64,000 bases of DNA, taken from Gordonia sp. B21. GTDB taxonomy: Bacteria > Actinomycetota > Actinomycetes > Mycobacteriales > Mycobacteriaceae. A program made the translations under genes and the position numbers. Shown here piece by piece: positions 23,031-33,654 of this stretch (within the stretch, counting starts at the first letter, position 1; every line of letters begins with the position of its first letter). A model generated the notes under the pieces. It made no database searches. It saw only the letters and a list, made by a program, of their open reading frames with translations, and was not told the origin of the DNA. The stretch covers positions 83,774 to 147,773 of the forward strand of contig NZ_JBDUUF010000012.1 of the NCBI RefSeq assembly GCF_039939235.1. The letters run 5' to 3'.

Positions 23031-24281
23031 TCAGGCCTGCGGCGTGGCCGGGATGCCGAGCAGGGCGTCGACGGCTGCGGCCAGCTCGGCCGGCGCGCCG
23101 GTCGACGACCCTATGCCGGTGCGGACGTCCTCACACCACGCGTCGACGGCGGCGAGCGCCTTCGGGGTGTCGAGGTCGTCGGCGAGGTGCTGCCGCACGC
23201 GGGCGATGGTGTCGGCGGCGTCGGGTCCGGCCGTCGCGGCGAAGGCGGTGCGCCAGCGCCCGAGCCGTTCGACAGCGGTGTCGAGCACGGCCTGCGTCCA
23301 CATGCGGTCGCCGCGGTAGTGGTCGGCGAGTAGCGCGAGGCGGATGGCGGCCGGGTCGACGCCGTCGCCGCGCAGCCGGGAGACGAACACCAGGTTGCCG
23401 CGGCTCTTCGACATCTTCTCGCCGTCGAGGCCGACCATGCCGGTGTGCACGTAGTGCCGTGCGAATCGACGCGAGTCGGTGAGCGCCTCGCCGTGGGCCG
23501 CGGAGAACTCGTGATGCGGGAAGATCAGATCGTTGCCGCCGCCCTGGATGTCGAACTCGATGCCGAGGCGGTTGAGCGCGATCGCCGAGCACTCGATGTG
23601 CCAGCCGGGGCGACCCGGACCGAACGGCGAATCCCACGAGGGCTCGCCCTCGCGTTTCGCGCGCCACAGCAGCGCGTCGAGCGGGTCGCGCTTGCCCGGA
23701 CGGTCGGGGTCGCCGCCGCGTTCGGCGAAGAAGCGCGCCATGGTCTCGCGGTCGTAGCCGGACTCGTAGCCGAACTGCTCGGTGGCGTCGGTCCGGAAGT
23801 AGACGTCGGGGTACTCGGCGTCGTCGACGACGTAGGCGGCGCCCGAGGCGAGGAGCTTCTCGACGACCTCGATGACCTCGCCGATGGACTCGACGGCGCC
23901 GACGTAGTCCCGGGGCGGGAGCACGCGGAGCGCGGTCATGTCGTCGCGGAACAGCTGGGTCTCGCGGGCGCCGAGGTCGCGCCAGTCCACGCCGTCGCGG
24001 TCGGCGCGCTCGAACAGCGGGTCGTCGACGTCGGTGACGTTCTGCACGTAGTGCACGTCGTGTCCCTGATCGCGCAGCACGCGGTTGATCAGGTCGAAGG
24101 TCACGTAGGTGGCGGCGTGGCCCAGGTGGGTGGCGTCGTACGGGGTGATCCCGCAGACGTACATGGTGGCCGTTTGTCCCGGTGCCACGGGGCGCACGGC
24201 ACGGTCGGCGGTGTCGAAGAGACGGAGGGCGGGTCCACCGCCGGGTACCACCGGGAGTTCCACTTCGGGCCACGACTGCAT
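23031..24281 (-). CDS. mshC: L-cysteine:1D-myo-inositol 2-amino-2-deoxy-alpha-D-glucopyranoside ligase (mycothiol ligase)
   Basis: [11 protein letters not shown]...[26 protein letters not shown]...KMSKSRGN is collinear with Rv2130c (about 416 aa). Start re-placed at ATG 24281. Confidence 0.9.
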   Translation of the reverse strand: MQSWPEVELPVVPGGGPALRLFDTADRAVRPVAPGQTATMYVCGITPYDATHLGHAATYVTFDLINRVLRDQGHDVHYVQNVTDVDDPLFERADRDGVDWRDLGARETQLFRDDMTALRVLPPRDYVGAVESIGEVIEVVEKLLASGAAYVVDDAEYPDVYFRTDATEQFGYESGYDRETMARFFAERGGDPDRPGKRDPLDALLWRAKREGEPSWDSPFGPGRPGWHIECSAIALNRLGIEFDIQGGGNDLIFPHHEFSAAHGEALTDSRRFARHYVHTGMVGLDGEKMSKSRGNLVFVSRLRGDGVDPAAIRLALLADHYRGDRMWTQAVLDTAVERLGRWRTAFAATAGPDAADTIARVRQHLADDLDTPKALAAVDAWCEDVRTGIGSSTGAPAELAAAVDALLGIPATPQA

Positions 24282-24364
24282 GGCGTCCACTGTATTGCCC
24301 GCGACACGCGCGGGGTTTTCCGGGGCTGTCCGATTCGGGCCCGGTCGGATGTGGTCGACCGCGC

Positions 24365-25306
24365 TCAGAAGGGAGGCCACGGAATGGGACGGCGACCAGG
24401 TGGGAAGGGCATGGTCGCGTTCTCCGCGATCACGGCCGCGCGAAGCGTCAGCGCGTCGATCTCGTCGGTGGTGATGAGCTGCCGCAGCTGTTCCCGGAGT
24501 TCCGACGACCCGGTCTCGAGCTGTTCGACGAGGGTCGCGACGTCGGCGACGAGGTGCGCGGGCACCGGCTCCCCCGCCCAGCCCCACAGCACCGTGCGCA
24601 GCTTGTCCTCGGAGTGCAGGCAGATGCCGTGGTCGATGCCGTACACGCCGCCGTCGAGACCCTCGAGGACGTGTCCGCCCTTGCGGTCGGCGTTGTTGAG
24701 CACCACGTCGAGCACGGCGAGCCGTTGCAGGCGCGGATCGTCGGCGTGCACGAGCACGACGGGTTCGCCGCGGTGGTCGTAGGCCTCCAGCACCGCGAAG
24801 AATCCGGTGGGGACGGTGTCGGCGGGACACAGGTCCACCAGGTCGACCCGGGGCTGCCGGTCGTCGGTGCGCGGATGGTCGGTGTTGTCCGGCGTGTCGA
24901 TCCAGCGCTGCACCATGCCCGGCCCCACCGGCCCGTCGCGGTGCACCGTGGTCGGGATCGCACCCCAGCCGAGCGCCTCGGAGATCAGGTACGACGCCAC
25001 CTCACGCCCGGCGAGCGTGCCGTCCGGGAAGTCCCACAGCGGGACCTCGCCGCGGACCGGCTTGTAGACGCACCGCATCGATGTCTCGCCGAGGACGGCA
25101 TCGCACACCAGCGTCGCGTTGCTCGCCGACGGAATCCGCCCCAGGACGGTCAGCTCGCCCTCACGCAGGACCTCCGGGACGGCGGCATCGGAAACCGTTT
25201 CGGCGACGGGGTCGTCCGGCGCCGCGTCCTCCCGGGGCGTCACCGCCCGCGCCCCCGGCTCATGGTCGCGCGGAGGGCCCGGCGTCGCCCGTGTCGTCAC
25301 CGTCAT
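24365..25306 (-). CDS. SCO1664-family protein (Rv2133c-like; mycothiol-neighbourhood trio member)
   Basis: Conserved core from [14 protein letters not shown] to the C-terminus. The start is uncertain: ATG 25306 overlaps the upstream gene by 47 nt; GTG 25243 is an alternative. Confidence 0.6.
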   Translation of the reverse strand: MTVTTRATPGPPRDHEPGARAVTPREDAAPDDPVAETVSDAAVPEVLREGELTVLGRIPSASNATLVCDAVLGETSMRCVYKPVRGEVPLWDFPDGTLAGREVASYLISEALGWGAIPTTVHRDGPVGPGMVQRWIDTPDNTDHPRTDDRQPRVDLVDLCPADTVPTGFFAVLEAYDHRGEPVVLVHADDPRLQRLAVLDVVLNNADRKGGHVLEGLDGGVYGIDHGICLHSEDKLRTVLWGWAGEPVPAHLVADVATLVEQLETGSSELREQLRQLITTDEIDALTLRAAVIAENATMPFPPGRRPIPWPPF

Positions 25307-25964
25307 CCGACTCGTCGTCCTCGTCGTCGACGTAGAAACTCGGATCGGCTTGTGTGGCAAGACTGTTGAAGACCGCGGGGTCGATGAAGTCGAGCGACTT
25401 GCTCAGCGTCGCGTCGCGCTTGTAGCCGTTGGTGCGCACACACAGGTGCCCGGACGGATCGAGCGGCTCGTTGCACAGCGGGCACGGTTGCCGGCCGGCG
25501 GAGATGACCTTGGCCGAGCGCGCCGCGAACTCGCGGGCCGCGGCGGTGGTCAGGAACACGCGCACCGCGTCGGGGCCCTCGTCCGTGTCGTCGAGGACCA
25601 CGCTCTCGTCGAACTCGCCCTCGGTGATGGCGAGGAGTTCGACGACGACCGCCTCCGATTCGGCGTCCCAGCCGAGACCCATGGTGCCGACGCGGAACTC
25701 GGCGTCGACCGGCATCACCAGCGGGCTCAGGTCGCCGACCCGATCGGTGGGCGGCGGCACCGGCGTTCCGAACCGGCGGTGGATCTCGTCGAGCAGCGCG
25801 CCGATGCGGTCGGCCAGGATCTGGACCTGCTGCTTCTCCAACATCACGCTGACGACGCGGGATTCGTGGACGGCCTGGAGGTAGAACGTGCGGTCACCGG
25901 GTTGCCCGATGGTGCCGGCGATGAACCGGTCCGGACTCCGGAACACGTGGATCGCTCGGGACAT
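25260..25964 (-). CDS. DUF3090-family protein (Rv2134c-like)
   Basis: MSRAIHVFRSPDRFIAGTIGQPGDRTFYLQ... ...CPLCNEPLDPSGHLCVRTNGY, with an acidic C-terminal tail. Start ATG 25964 with GGAGG 6 nt upstream. Confidence 0.7.
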   Translation of the reverse strand: MSRAIHVFRSPDRFIAGTIGQPGDRTFYLQAVHESRVVSVMLEKQQVQILADRIGALLDEIHRRFGTPVPPPTDRVGDLSPLVMPVDAEFRVGTMGLGWDAESEAVVVELLAITEGEFDESVVLDDTDEGPDAVRVFLTTAAAREFAARSAKVISAGRQPCPLCNEPLDPSGHLCVRTNGYKRDATLSKSLDFIDPAVFNSLATQADPSFYVDDEDDESDDGDDTGDAGPSARP

Positions 25965-25989
25965 CACACCTCCTCGACTGTTGTGTTCA

Positions 25990-26733
25990 TTATCCCGACG
26001 GCGCCGGGATGGTCGCAGATGCACCGGAATCGGCGCCGGTCTCACCGCCGACGACCGCGTCGTCGGACGCCGGTCCGGTCTCCTCGCGGCGCGGCCGGGG
26101 CACCGAGAGCTTCGCGGTGTGGTTGATGGTGTGGACATACGGACGCGACGAACCGTAGCGGATGACGCTGATCGACGCCGGTTCGACGACGATGCGCTGG
26201 AACGAGTCCAGATGACTGCCCATCGCGTCGGCGATCACCGACTTGATGACGTCGCCGTGCGAGCAGGCCACCCACACACCCGAGCCGTCGGGCCCGCCGT
26301 AGATACGGTCGAGTTCGCGGATCGCACGCACCGCTCGCGCCTGCACGTCGGCCAGCCCCTCGCCGTCGGGGAACACCGCCGCCGACGGCTGCTGCTGCAC
26401 CACCTTCCACAGCGGTTCGGCCAGGAGTTCCTTGATGGGACGGCCGGTCCAGCCGCCGTAGTCGACCTCGATCAGGTCGTCGACGACGATCTCCGGGGGC
26501 CGGTCGCCGTTGGTCCCGAGCGCCGCCAGCAGCGGCGCGACGGTCTCCGCACAGCGGTCGAGCGGCGAACGGGCCACGGCCCGGATCTCGCCGAGGTGGT
26601 CGGCGAGTCGGCTCACCAGGTCGTCGGCCTGTGCACGGCCCCGGTCGTCGAGGTGGACTCCGGGGCTGCGACCGGCGAGCAGGCCTGAGGTGTTCGCCGT
26701 GGAACGGCCGTGCCGGAGAAGGATCACGGTCAT
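25990..26733 (-). CDS. histidine-phosphatase (phosphoglycerate-mutase superfamily) protein, MSMEG_4193/Rv2135c-like
   Basis: N-terminal RHG motif ILLRHGRSTAN; catalytic His in ACSHGDVIK. Confidence 0.8.
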   Translation of the reverse strand: MTVILLRHGRSTANTSGLLAGRSPGVHLDDRGRAQADDLVSRLADHLGEIRAVARSPLDRCAETVAPLLAALGTNGDRPPEIVVDDLIEVDYGGWTGRPIKELLAEPLWKVVQQQPSAAVFPDGEGLADVQARAVRAIRELDRIYGGPDGSGVWVACSHGDVIKSVIADAMGSHLDSFQRIVVEPASISVIRYGSSRPYVHTINHTAKLSVPRPRREETGPASDDAVVGGETGADSGASATIPAPSG

Positions 26734-26803
26734 TCCACAACTCTAGGCATGCGAACGGAGACCCCGCACACGGCGAGCGGGCGGGGCCGCCCCACCTGCG
26801 ACG

Positions 26804-27646
26804 TCAGGTCGCCGGGATGTAGCCGGTCGACAGCATGATGAGCAACGCGACGCCGAGGATCACGCGGTAGGCCCCGAACCAGTTCATCGAGTGCGCGCTG
26901 ACGAACCGCAGCAGCCAGGCGATCGCCGCGTACCCGACGACGAACGCGACCAGGGTGGCCACGAGCAGCTGCGGCCCGGTGGCCTCCATGCCCTCGCCAC
27001 TCGGGTTGAACGCGTCGGGCAGGCTGAACAGGCCCGACGCGGTGACCGCGGGGATGGCCAGCAGGAACGAGAACCGGAACGCGGCCTCGCGTTCGAGGCC
27101 TAGGAACAGTCCGGCGCTGGCCGTGGCGCCCGACCGGGAGACGCCGGGGATGAGCGCGAGGCACTGCGCGGCGCCCATGGTGAGCCCGTCACGCAGGGTC
27201 AGCCGGTCGAGGGGCCGCTGTTTCTTGCCGTACCGCTCGGCGAGCCAGAACACGCCGGCGAAGACGATCAGCATGATCGCGACCAGCCACAGGTTGCGGC
27301 CGGTGGTGCGGATCTGGTCCTTGAACAGATAACCGATCAGCCCGATGGGAATGGTCGCGAAGATCACGTACCAGCCGATCCGGTAGTCGAGGTTGCGCTG
27401 CCCGGCGTCGAACAGGCCGCGGAACCACGCGGCGATGATGCGCACGATGTCGCGGGCGAAGAAGACCAGCACGGCGGCCTCGGTGCCCAGCTGGGTGACC
27501 GCGGTGAACGAGGCGCCCGCGTCGTCGCCGAACATGAGCTCCGAGGCGATGCGCAGGTGCCCGGACGACGAGATCGGCAGGAACTCGGTGAGACCCTGCA
27601 ACGCCCCGAGGACGATCGACTGGGTCCATGTCATGGTGTCGGTCAC
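26804..27646 (-). CDS. uppP: undecaprenyl-diphosphate phosphatase
   Basis: [19 protein letters not shown] ... [10 protein letters not shown] (BacA/UppP motifs), about 8 TM; GTG start. Confidence 0.9.
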   Translation of the reverse strand: MTDTMTWTQSIVLGALQGLTEFLPISSSGHLRIASELMFGDDAGASFTAVTQLGTEAAVLVFFARDIVRIIAAWFRGLFDAGQRNLDYRIGWYVIFATIPIGLIGYLFKDQIRTTGRNLWLVAIMLIVFAGVFWLAERYGKKQRPLDRLTLRDGLTMGAAQCLALIPGVSRSGATASAGLFLGLEREAAFRFSFLLAIPAVTASGLFSLPDAFNPSGEGMEATGPQLLVATLVAFVVGYAAIAWLLRFVSAHSMNWFGAYRVILGVALLIMLSTGYIPAT

Positions 27647-27735
27647 GGCGCCCGATGCTATCGGTATCGGCGCCCGCCCCTCACCGCGTCGACCCGGCCG
27701 CCGACCGTGTCCGGGCGGTCGCGCAAGATGGATTC

Positions 27736-28839
27736 ATGCACTCGCCGAGACGATCGCGCCCCCGTCACCAGCCCCCGAGAGGTCTCGCACGGTTGCGGCG
27801 ACCCGTCGCGGCGGCGGCCGCACTCGCCGCGGGTGTGGCGATCATCACGGCGTGCGGCTCCGACGACTCCGGGACCCCCGACGTAGCGACGGTGAGCCCC
27901 GCGACCGCCGTCGAGGCCCCGGCGGCGTCGAATCCGGTCGGCACCACCGTGCCCGCACCGGCCGGAGCCCGTGCCCTCGCGTCGTCGGGCTCGACCGTTG
28001 CCGTCGTCTCCCCCGACGGCAACCAGCTGCTGCGCTATGACACCGCGTCGATCACCGCGCCGCCGACGCCGATCGGCGTGCCCGGCCTGACCGCGCTGGC
28101 ACCCGACGCCGACGGCGGCTACCTCGCGGCCGGCCCCGGCACGCTGGTCGTCGTCGACGCCACGGGCCAGGTGCGGATCGGGGACCTCGACACCGACTCC
28201 CCGACCGCGATCGTCCGCGCGGCCGGTGGGCAGATCGTGGTCGGCACCTCCGACGGCCGTATCCTGATCTACGACGAGGACTTCCAGAAGAAGCACGACG
28301 CGCGGGAGTTCGTCCGCGTCGACTCGCTGACCGCGGCACCCGCATCGGCGGAGGGCCTCGACGGCCAGGTCGTCGTCCTCGACCGCGCGCAGTCCTCGGT
28401 GACCCCGATCGACCCGGCCGACGGCGACCCCGGGCCGGCGCTGCGTGCCGGCAACGGCGCCACCACGTCGACCGTCGACCGGTTCGGGCGGATCCTCGTG
28501 GCCAACACCCGCGACGGCGAGATCCTCGGATTCTATGGGTCGCCCCTGGTCATGCGGTTCCGCTATCCGGTCGCCGACGGCCCGTACGCCGTAGACTACG
28601 ACGACACCCGCAACGTGCTCTGGGTGTCGACGACGGGCAACAACGAGGTGGTGGCGTATGACCTGGCCGACGGCGAACCCACGGAGAAGCAGCGGTTCGC
28701 ATCCGTCGTCCAGCCCGACCGGATCACGGTCGACGACAAGGGCACGGTCTACGTCCTGTCCGCCCGCGACGGCCTGCTGCAGGTCGTTCCGCAGTCCGAC
28801 ACACCATTGGGTGTCAGCCCTGCCGAGCCGGGTCGGTGA
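27736..28839 (+). CDS. lipoprotein, beta-propeller-like (LppL/Rv2138-like)
   Basis: Signal peptide with lipobox AIITAC|GS. Repeated ...VVD/VGT.DG... segments suggest beta-propeller blades. Confidence 0.6.
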   Translation: MHSPRRSRPRHQPPRGLARLRRPVAAAAALAAGVAIITACGSDDSGTPDVATVSPATAVEAPAASNPVGTTVPAPAGARALASSGSTVAVVSPDGNQLLRYDTASITAPPTPIGVPGLTALAPDADGGYLAAGPGTLVVVDATGQVRIGDLDTDSPTAIVRAAGGQIVVGTSDGRILIYDEDFQKKHDAREFVRVDSLTAAPASAEGLDGQVVVLDRAQSSVTPIDPADGDPGPALRAGNGATTSTVDRFGRILVANTRDGEILGFYGSPLVMRFRYPVADGPYAVDYDDTRNVLWVSTTGNNEVVAYDLADGEPTEKQRFASVVQPDRITVDDKGTVYVLSARDGLLQVVPQSDTPLGVSPAEPGR

Positions 28840-29207
28840 CGATGACTTCTGATCGTCGCCCGACCCATCACCTCCCACCACGCCATTCCCGCACGTTCGC
28901 CCGGTTGGGTTCGCGCTATCCGCGCGGATGGGAGGTCACCTCCGAGGACTTCGAGTGCATCCTGTTGCGGCTTCCTCCCGACGTCACGCGGGTGACCGCG
29001 TCGATGCGGCTGGCGATCGAGGCGGAGTTCGGCGGCTGGGAGCTGTCCCGGGTGCGCCTCTATTCCGACGGGACCCGCAAGGTCCTGCTCAAGCGCCGCC
29101 GCCCGCCGCGCGGCGCCCGGCCCCTCGACAGCGATCTCTCCGCCGGCGAGCTCTCGACCGGCGACCTCGACGACGGCCACGACCCTCGGAGTGCCCAGGC
29201 ATGCTGA
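28836..29207 (+). CDS. small conserved hypothetical protein upstream of pyrD
   Basis: Its GTG overlaps the lipoprotein stop (GTGA); 7-nt overlap with the pyrD start. No known motif. Confidence 0.4.
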   Translation: MTMTSDRRPTHHLPPRHSRTFARLGSRYPRGWEVTSEDFECILLRLPPDVTRVTASMRLAIEAEFGGWELSRVRLYSDGTRKVLLKRRRPPRGARPLDSDLSAGELSTGDLDDGHDPRSAQAC

Positions 29208-30337
29208 AGACCCCGACCGCCACCAAGGTTCTGATCGCCCTCAACCGGTGGTGCTATCCCCTGCTGCTCAAGCTGATGTTCCTGGTGTCGCCGGAACGCA
29301 TCCACCACATCGTCTTCGCGGCATTGCGTGCCGTCGGCAGGTTCTCGGTCCTGTCCTACCCGGTGGCCAAGCTGCTCGCCCATCACGATCCGGTGCTGCG
29401 CAGCCGCGTGTTCGGGGTGGACTTCCCCGCACCCATCGGCCTGGCGGCCGGGTTCGACAAGACGGCCGGGGCCGTGAACGCATGGGGCCAGCTCGGTTTC
29501 GGTTTCGCCGAGGTCGGCACCATCACCGGCCAGGCCCAGCCGGGCAACCCGCAGCCGCGGCTGTTCCGCCTGCCCGCCGACCGGGCGTTGATCAACCGGA
29601 TGGGCTTCAACAACCCGGGCTCGGCGGTCGCGGCCAGGCATCTCGCCGAGGTGCGACGCGGTCCGGTGGCGATCCCGATCGGCGCGAACATCGGCAAGAC
29701 CAAGGTCGTTCCGCTGGCGAACGCGATCGACGACTACCGGCTGTCCGCCCACCTGCTCGGCCCGCTGTCGGACTTCGTGGTCGTCAACGTCAGTTCGCCC
29801 AACACCCCCGGCCTGCGGGATCTGCAGGCCGTCGACTCGCTGCGGCCGATCCTGCAGGCCGTGCAGGCCGAGGTACACGTGCCGGTCCTGGTGAAGATCG
29901 CCCCGGATCTCGCCGACGAGGACGTCGACGCGGTCGCCGACCTGGCCGTGGAGCTCGGGCTGGCCGGCATCGTGGCGACCAACACCACCATCAAGCGGGA
30001 CGGCCTGATCACCCCGGCCGGCGAGGTGGAGGCGATCGGTGCGGGCGGCCTGTCCGGCGCACCGGTGGCCGAGCGGTCCCTCGCCGTGCTCAGGCGCCTC
30101 TACGGGCGCGTGGGCGGCAGGATCGCGATCGTCAGCGTCGGCGGCATCGAGACCGTGGACCAGGCGTGGGAGCGTATCTGCGCGGGCGCGGATCTGCTGC
30201 AGGTGTACACCGGCTTCATCTACGGCGGACCGCTGTGGCTGTACCAGCTGAACGCGGGTCTGGCCGAGCGCGTTCGCGCGGCCGGCTTCGCGTCGATCGC
30301 CGAGGCGGTCGGCTCCGCGGCGCGCGCACAGTCCTGA
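29201..30337 (+). CDS. pyrD: dihydroorotate dehydrogenase (quinone), class 2
   Basis: N-terminal membrane-association helix, [18 protein letters not shown], and GGLSG...[14 protein letters not shown]/orotate motifs. Start re-placed at ATG 29201. Confidence 0.9.
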   Translation: MLKTPTATKVLIALNRWCYPLLLKLMFLVSPERIHHIVFAALRAVGRFSVLSYPVAKLLAHHDPVLRSRVFGVDFPAPIGLAAGFDKTAGAVNAWGQLGFGFAEVGTITGQAQPGNPQPRLFRLPADRALINRMGFNNPGSAVAARHLAEVRRGPVAIPIGANIGKTKVVPLANAIDDYRLSAHLLGPLSDFVVVNVSSPNTPGLRDLQAVDSLRPILQAVQAEVHVPVLVKIAPDLADEDVDAVADLAVELGLAGIVATNTTIKRDGLITPAGEVEAIGAGGLSGAPVAERSLAVLRRLYGRVGGRIAIVSVGGIETVDQAWERICAGADLLQVYTGFIYGGPLWLYQLNAGLAERVRAAGFASIAEAVGSAARAQS

Positions 30338-30365
30338 CCGCCGGGTCCGCACGTGCAGAGCGCAG

Positions 30366-30398
30366 CAGAAGCGCCGGGCGAGCTGCCCGGCGCTTCTG
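30366..30398. terminator. bidirectional terminator hairpin between pyrD (+) and the PEBP gene (-)
   Basis: CAGAAGCGCCGGGC-gagc-TGCCCGGCGCTTCTG, a 14-bp perfect stem. Confidence 0.55.
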
Positions 30399-30432
30399 TT
30401 CTGTCGAGGTGCGTACGAGAACTTCTCGAGGG

Positions 30433-30981
30433 TCAGACGTTCTCGCCCGGTTGTTCATAGGTGCCGATGATCGTCGCGCGGGCGATCGCGTGCGAGAACA
30501 GGTTGAAGCCGAGGTAGGCCGGGGTGGCGTTCTCGGGCAGGTTCAGCGACTCGACGTCGACGGCGTGGACGACGAAGAAGTAGCGGTGCGGACCGTGTCC
30601 GGGCGGCGGCGCGGCGCCGATGTAGCGGCGCAACGATGCGTCGTTGGTCAAGGTCACGGCGCCCTCCGGGAGACCGGAGCCGGCCTCGTCACCGGCGCCC
30701 TCCGGCAGGCTGGTGACCGATGCCGGGATGTCGGCGACCGCCCAGTGCCAGAAGCCCGATGCCGTCGGGGCATCGGGGTCGTAGCAGGTGACCGCGAAAG
30801 ACCTGGTCTCCGAGGGGAATCCGGACCACGACAGCTGCGGCGAGAGATCCTCGCCACCCGCCCCCATGATCCCGCTGACCTGACCGTTGGCCAGCTGCGC
30901 GCCGTCGGTCAGGTTCTCCGAGGTCAGCGTGAAACTCGGCAGGCTCGGTAGCGGGGAGTACGGGTCGAAGGACGACGGCAT
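30433..30981 (-). CDS. YbhB/YbcL (PEBP/Raf-kinase-inhibitor-like) family protein
   Basis: CYDPDAP...GFWHWAV... ...[12 protein letters not shown] is the PEBP signature. Start ATG 30981 with GAAAGG upstream. Confidence 0.75.
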   Translation of the reverse strand: MPSSFDPYSPLPSLPSFTLTSENLTDGAQLANGQVSGIMGAGGEDLSPQLSWSGFPSETRSFAVTCYDPDAPTASGFWHWAVADIPASVTSLPEGAGDEAGSGLPEGAVTLTNDASLRRYIGAAPPPGHGPHRYFFVVHAVDVESLNLPENATPAYLGFNLFSHAIARATIIGTYEQPGENV

Positions 30982-31041
30982 CGGTTCACCTTTCTCACGT
31001 TTCACACTTCGGACATTCCGATGCTCACTCTAGGTGAGCGC

Positions 31042-32376
31042 TCAGCTGTGCAGCAGGAAGTGCTCGAACACCTTCGTGCCGAACAGGACCGCGTCCACCG
31101 GGACCCGTTCGTCCACGCCGTGGAACAGCGCGGCGAAGTCGAGATCCGGCGGCAGCTGCAGCGGCGCGAAGCCGAAGCAGCGGATGCCGAGCTTGGCGAA
31201 AGCCTTGGCGTCGGTGCCCGCGGACAGCATGTACGGGACGGTCTTGCCGTTCTCGTCGTGGGCGAGGATCGCGTTGTTCATCGCGTCGACGAGATGCCCG
31301 TCGAAGCTGGTCTCGTACGAGTCGAGATGCGTGATCCACTCGCGGCGCACGTTGGGGCCGATGAGTTCGTCGATCTCCCGCTCGAAGGCCTTCTGCCGGC
31401 CCGGCAGGACGCGGCAGTCGACGACCGCCTCCGCCTTCTGCGGGATGACGTTCGCCTTGTAGCCGGCCTTGAGCATCGTCGGGTTGGCGGTGTCGCGCAG
31501 GGTCGCGCCGATGATGCGGGCCAGGTTGCCGAGCTTGAACAGCGACGACTCCAGGTCGGGTGACCCGGGGTCGAAGTCCAGGCCGGTCTCGGCACTGACC
31601 TCGGCGAGGAACTGGCTCACCGAGTCGGTCATGACGAGCGGGAAGGTGTGGCGGCCGATGCGCGCGACCGCCTCGGCCACCTCGGTGACGGCGTTGTCGG
31701 AGTGCAGGAACGAGCCGTGACCGGCCTGGGCGTCGGCGACGAGCCGCATCCATCCGAGGCCCTTCTCGGCCGTCTCGACGAGGTACAGGCGCTTCTGGGT
31801 GCCGTCCGGGCGGTCCACGGTCAGCGAGAAGCCGCCGACCTCCCCGACGGCCTCGGTGACGCCCTCGAACAGATCCGGGCGGTTCTCCACGAGCCAGTGG
31901 GAGCCCCATGCACCGCCGGCCTCCTCGTCGGCGAGGAACGCGAACACGATCTCGCGGGGCGGGACCGTCCCGTCGCGCTTGAACTGTCGCGCGAGGGCCA
32001 GCGCCATGCCGGCCATGTCCTTCATGTCGACCGCACCGCGGCCCCAGATGTAGCCGTCCTTCACCGCACCGGAGAACGGGTGCACGCTCCAGTCCGCCGG
32101 CTCGGCCGGGACCACGTCGAGATGCGCGTGGATCAGCAGCGCCCCGCGGTCGGAATCAGGCGGCCCCGCGAGCCGCGCGAAGACGTTCCCGCGGCCCGGA
32201 CGACCCGACTCGACGTACTCTGTGGCGAATCCCACATCCTCGAGCTGCCGCGCCACCCATTTGGCGCACTCTGCCTCGCCTTTCGTGGTTTCGGGCTCGC
32301 CCGTGTTGGTGGTGTCGAACCTGATCAGCTGGCTGACGAGCTCGACGACTTCCTCGGTCGCACGCTGTGAAGACAC
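31042..32376 (-). CDS. M20-family metallopeptidase / dipeptidase (Rv2141c-like)
   Basis: HAHLDVVPA...WGRGAVDMKDMAGMALAL...FLADEEAGG metal-ligand motifs; 444 aa. Confidence 0.85.
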   Translation of the reverse strand: MSSQRATEEVVELVSQLIRFDTTNTGEPETTKGEAECAKWVARQLEDVGFATEYVESGRPGRGNVFARLAGPPDSDRGALLIHAHLDVVPAEPADWSVHPFSGAVKDGYIWGRGAVDMKDMAGMALALARQFKRDGTVPPREIVFAFLADEEAGGAWGSHWLVENRPDLFEGVTEAVGEVGGFSLTVDRPDGTQKRLYLVETAEKGLGWMRLVADAQAGHGSFLHSDNAVTEVAEAVARIGRHTFPLVMTDSVSQFLAEVSAETGLDFDPGSPDLESSLFKLGNLARIIGATLRDTANPTMLKAGYKANVIPQKAEAVVDCRVLPGRQKAFEREIDELIGPNVRREWITHLDSYETSFDGHLVDAMNNAILAHDENGKTVPYMLSAGTDAKAFAKLGIRCFGFAPLQLPPDLDFAALFHGVDERVPVDAVLFGTKVFEHFLLHS

Positions 32377-32484
32377 CCCTCACTCCTACGGGATTTGGGA
32401 TACACGGGCAACCTCGGTTACTGTTATCCCGCTGCCGCGAGAGGGCAGGGGAAAACCCCCGCCGGATCGAGGAGGCAAGAGCAA

Positions 32485-32573
32485 GTCCGAGTGGCGGAAT
32501 GGCAGACGCGCTAGCTTGAGGTGCTAGTGTCCTATTAACGGACGTGGGGGTTCAAGTCCCCCCTCGGACACCA
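32485..32573 (+). tRNA. tRNA-Leu (anticodon GAG), class II with long variable arm, encoded CCA
   Basis: Acceptor stem GTCCGAG/CTCGGAC, anticodon loop TT-GAG-GT, a long variable arm, T-arm GGGGGTTCAAGTCCCCC, and 3' ACCA. Confidence 0.85.
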
Positions 32574-32580
32574 CAGAGAA

Positions 32581-32612
32581 AGAACCCCGGCTCCGGCCGG
32601 GGTTCTCTCGTT
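32581..32612. terminator. intrinsic terminator after tRNA-Leu (also serves the convergent MscS gene)
   Basis: AGAACCCCGGC-tccg-GCCGGGGTTCT followed by a T-rich tract. Confidence 0.6.
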
Positions 32613-32639
32613 TCACCGCTCCGCACCGGGGTCAGGTGG

Positions 32640-33596
32640 TCAGCTCCCGGCCGGTTCCATCGCCGCCCACGCCCGCGCGTACGGCAGGTCGACGGAGTTC
32701 TCCACGAACGCCCGCAGGATCGCCCGGCGCAGACGGCGCTGCACCGCCCACTGCCCGTTCGGCTTCGTCTTCACCGTCAGCCTCAGCACGATCTGATCCG
32801 ACGCCACCTCCTGCACGCCCAGCATCTCGACCGGCCCCAGGACGTCGGTGTCGTCGTCGGCGACCGCCTGGCGTGCGGCCTCGTGCGCCACCCGCTGCGC
32901 CTCGTCGATGTCCGCGCCGGGCGCGACCGGGACGTCGACGCGGGCGACCGCGAACTCCTGGCTCATGTTGCCGACGCGCGCGATCTCGCCGTTACGGACA
33001 TACCAGAGCGTCCCGTCGACGTCGCGCAGCGTGGTGACACGCAGCCCGACCGTCTCGACCTCGCCGACGGCCTCCCCCAGGTCGACGATGTCGCCGACCC
33101 CGTATTGGTCCTCGAGGAGCATGAACACCCCCGTCACGAAGTCACGGACGAGGTTCTGCGCGCCGAAGCCGACGGCGAGGCCGACGATCCCGGCGGAGGC
33201 GATGAACGGCGCGATGTTCACCCCGAGGACGCTCAACACCGACAGCACCACCCAGACGAGCAACACGATCGACACCGTCGACTTGAGCACCGAACCGATC
33301 GTGGCGGCCCGCTGGGCGCGTCGGGCCGCGATCCGCGCATTGCGTTCCGACGGTGCGGATTTGGGCCGCAGCGAGCGAATCAGGCCCGCGCTGCGCGCCT
33401 TCTCGCCGTCCTTCGCGCGTGGACGCGTCGCGCGGTCGATGGCGCGGTGGACCGCGTAGCGCACCACAAGCGCCGCGAGGACGTACGCGACGATCCGGAT
33501 CGGGTTCTCGACGAGCCATTCGCGGTTCGCCTCGGTCCATTCGAAGGCCAGGGACGAGGCGGGCCGGACGGGCAGGACGGGATTCGAAGGGGTCAT
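32640..33596 (-). CDS. mechanosensitive ion channel, MscS family
   Basis: TM3-like VLGVNIAPFIASAGIVGLAVGFGAQNLVRDFVTGVFMLLEDQYGVGD followed by a beta-domain pattern. Confidence 0.85.
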   Translation of the reverse strand: MTPSNPVLPVRPASSLAFEWTEANREWLVENPIRIVAYVLAALVVRYAVHRAIDRATRPRAKDGEKARSAGLIRSLRPKSAPSERNARIAARRAQRAATIGSVLKSTVSIVLLVWVVLSVLSVLGVNIAPFIASAGIVGLAVGFGAQNLVRDFVTGVFMLLEDQYGVGDIVDLGEAVGEVETVGLRVTTLRDVDGTLWYVRNGEIARVGNMSQEFAVARVDVPVAPGADIDEAQRVAHEAARQAVADDDTDVLGPVEMLGVQEVASDQIVLRLTVKTKPNGQWAVQRRLRRAILRAFVENSVDLPYARAWAAMEPAGS

Positions 33597-33654
33597 GCCC
33601 CCGACCGTACGGACGCAGCCGATCCTGTCGAGGGACCCACGCGCCGGGGACCGG

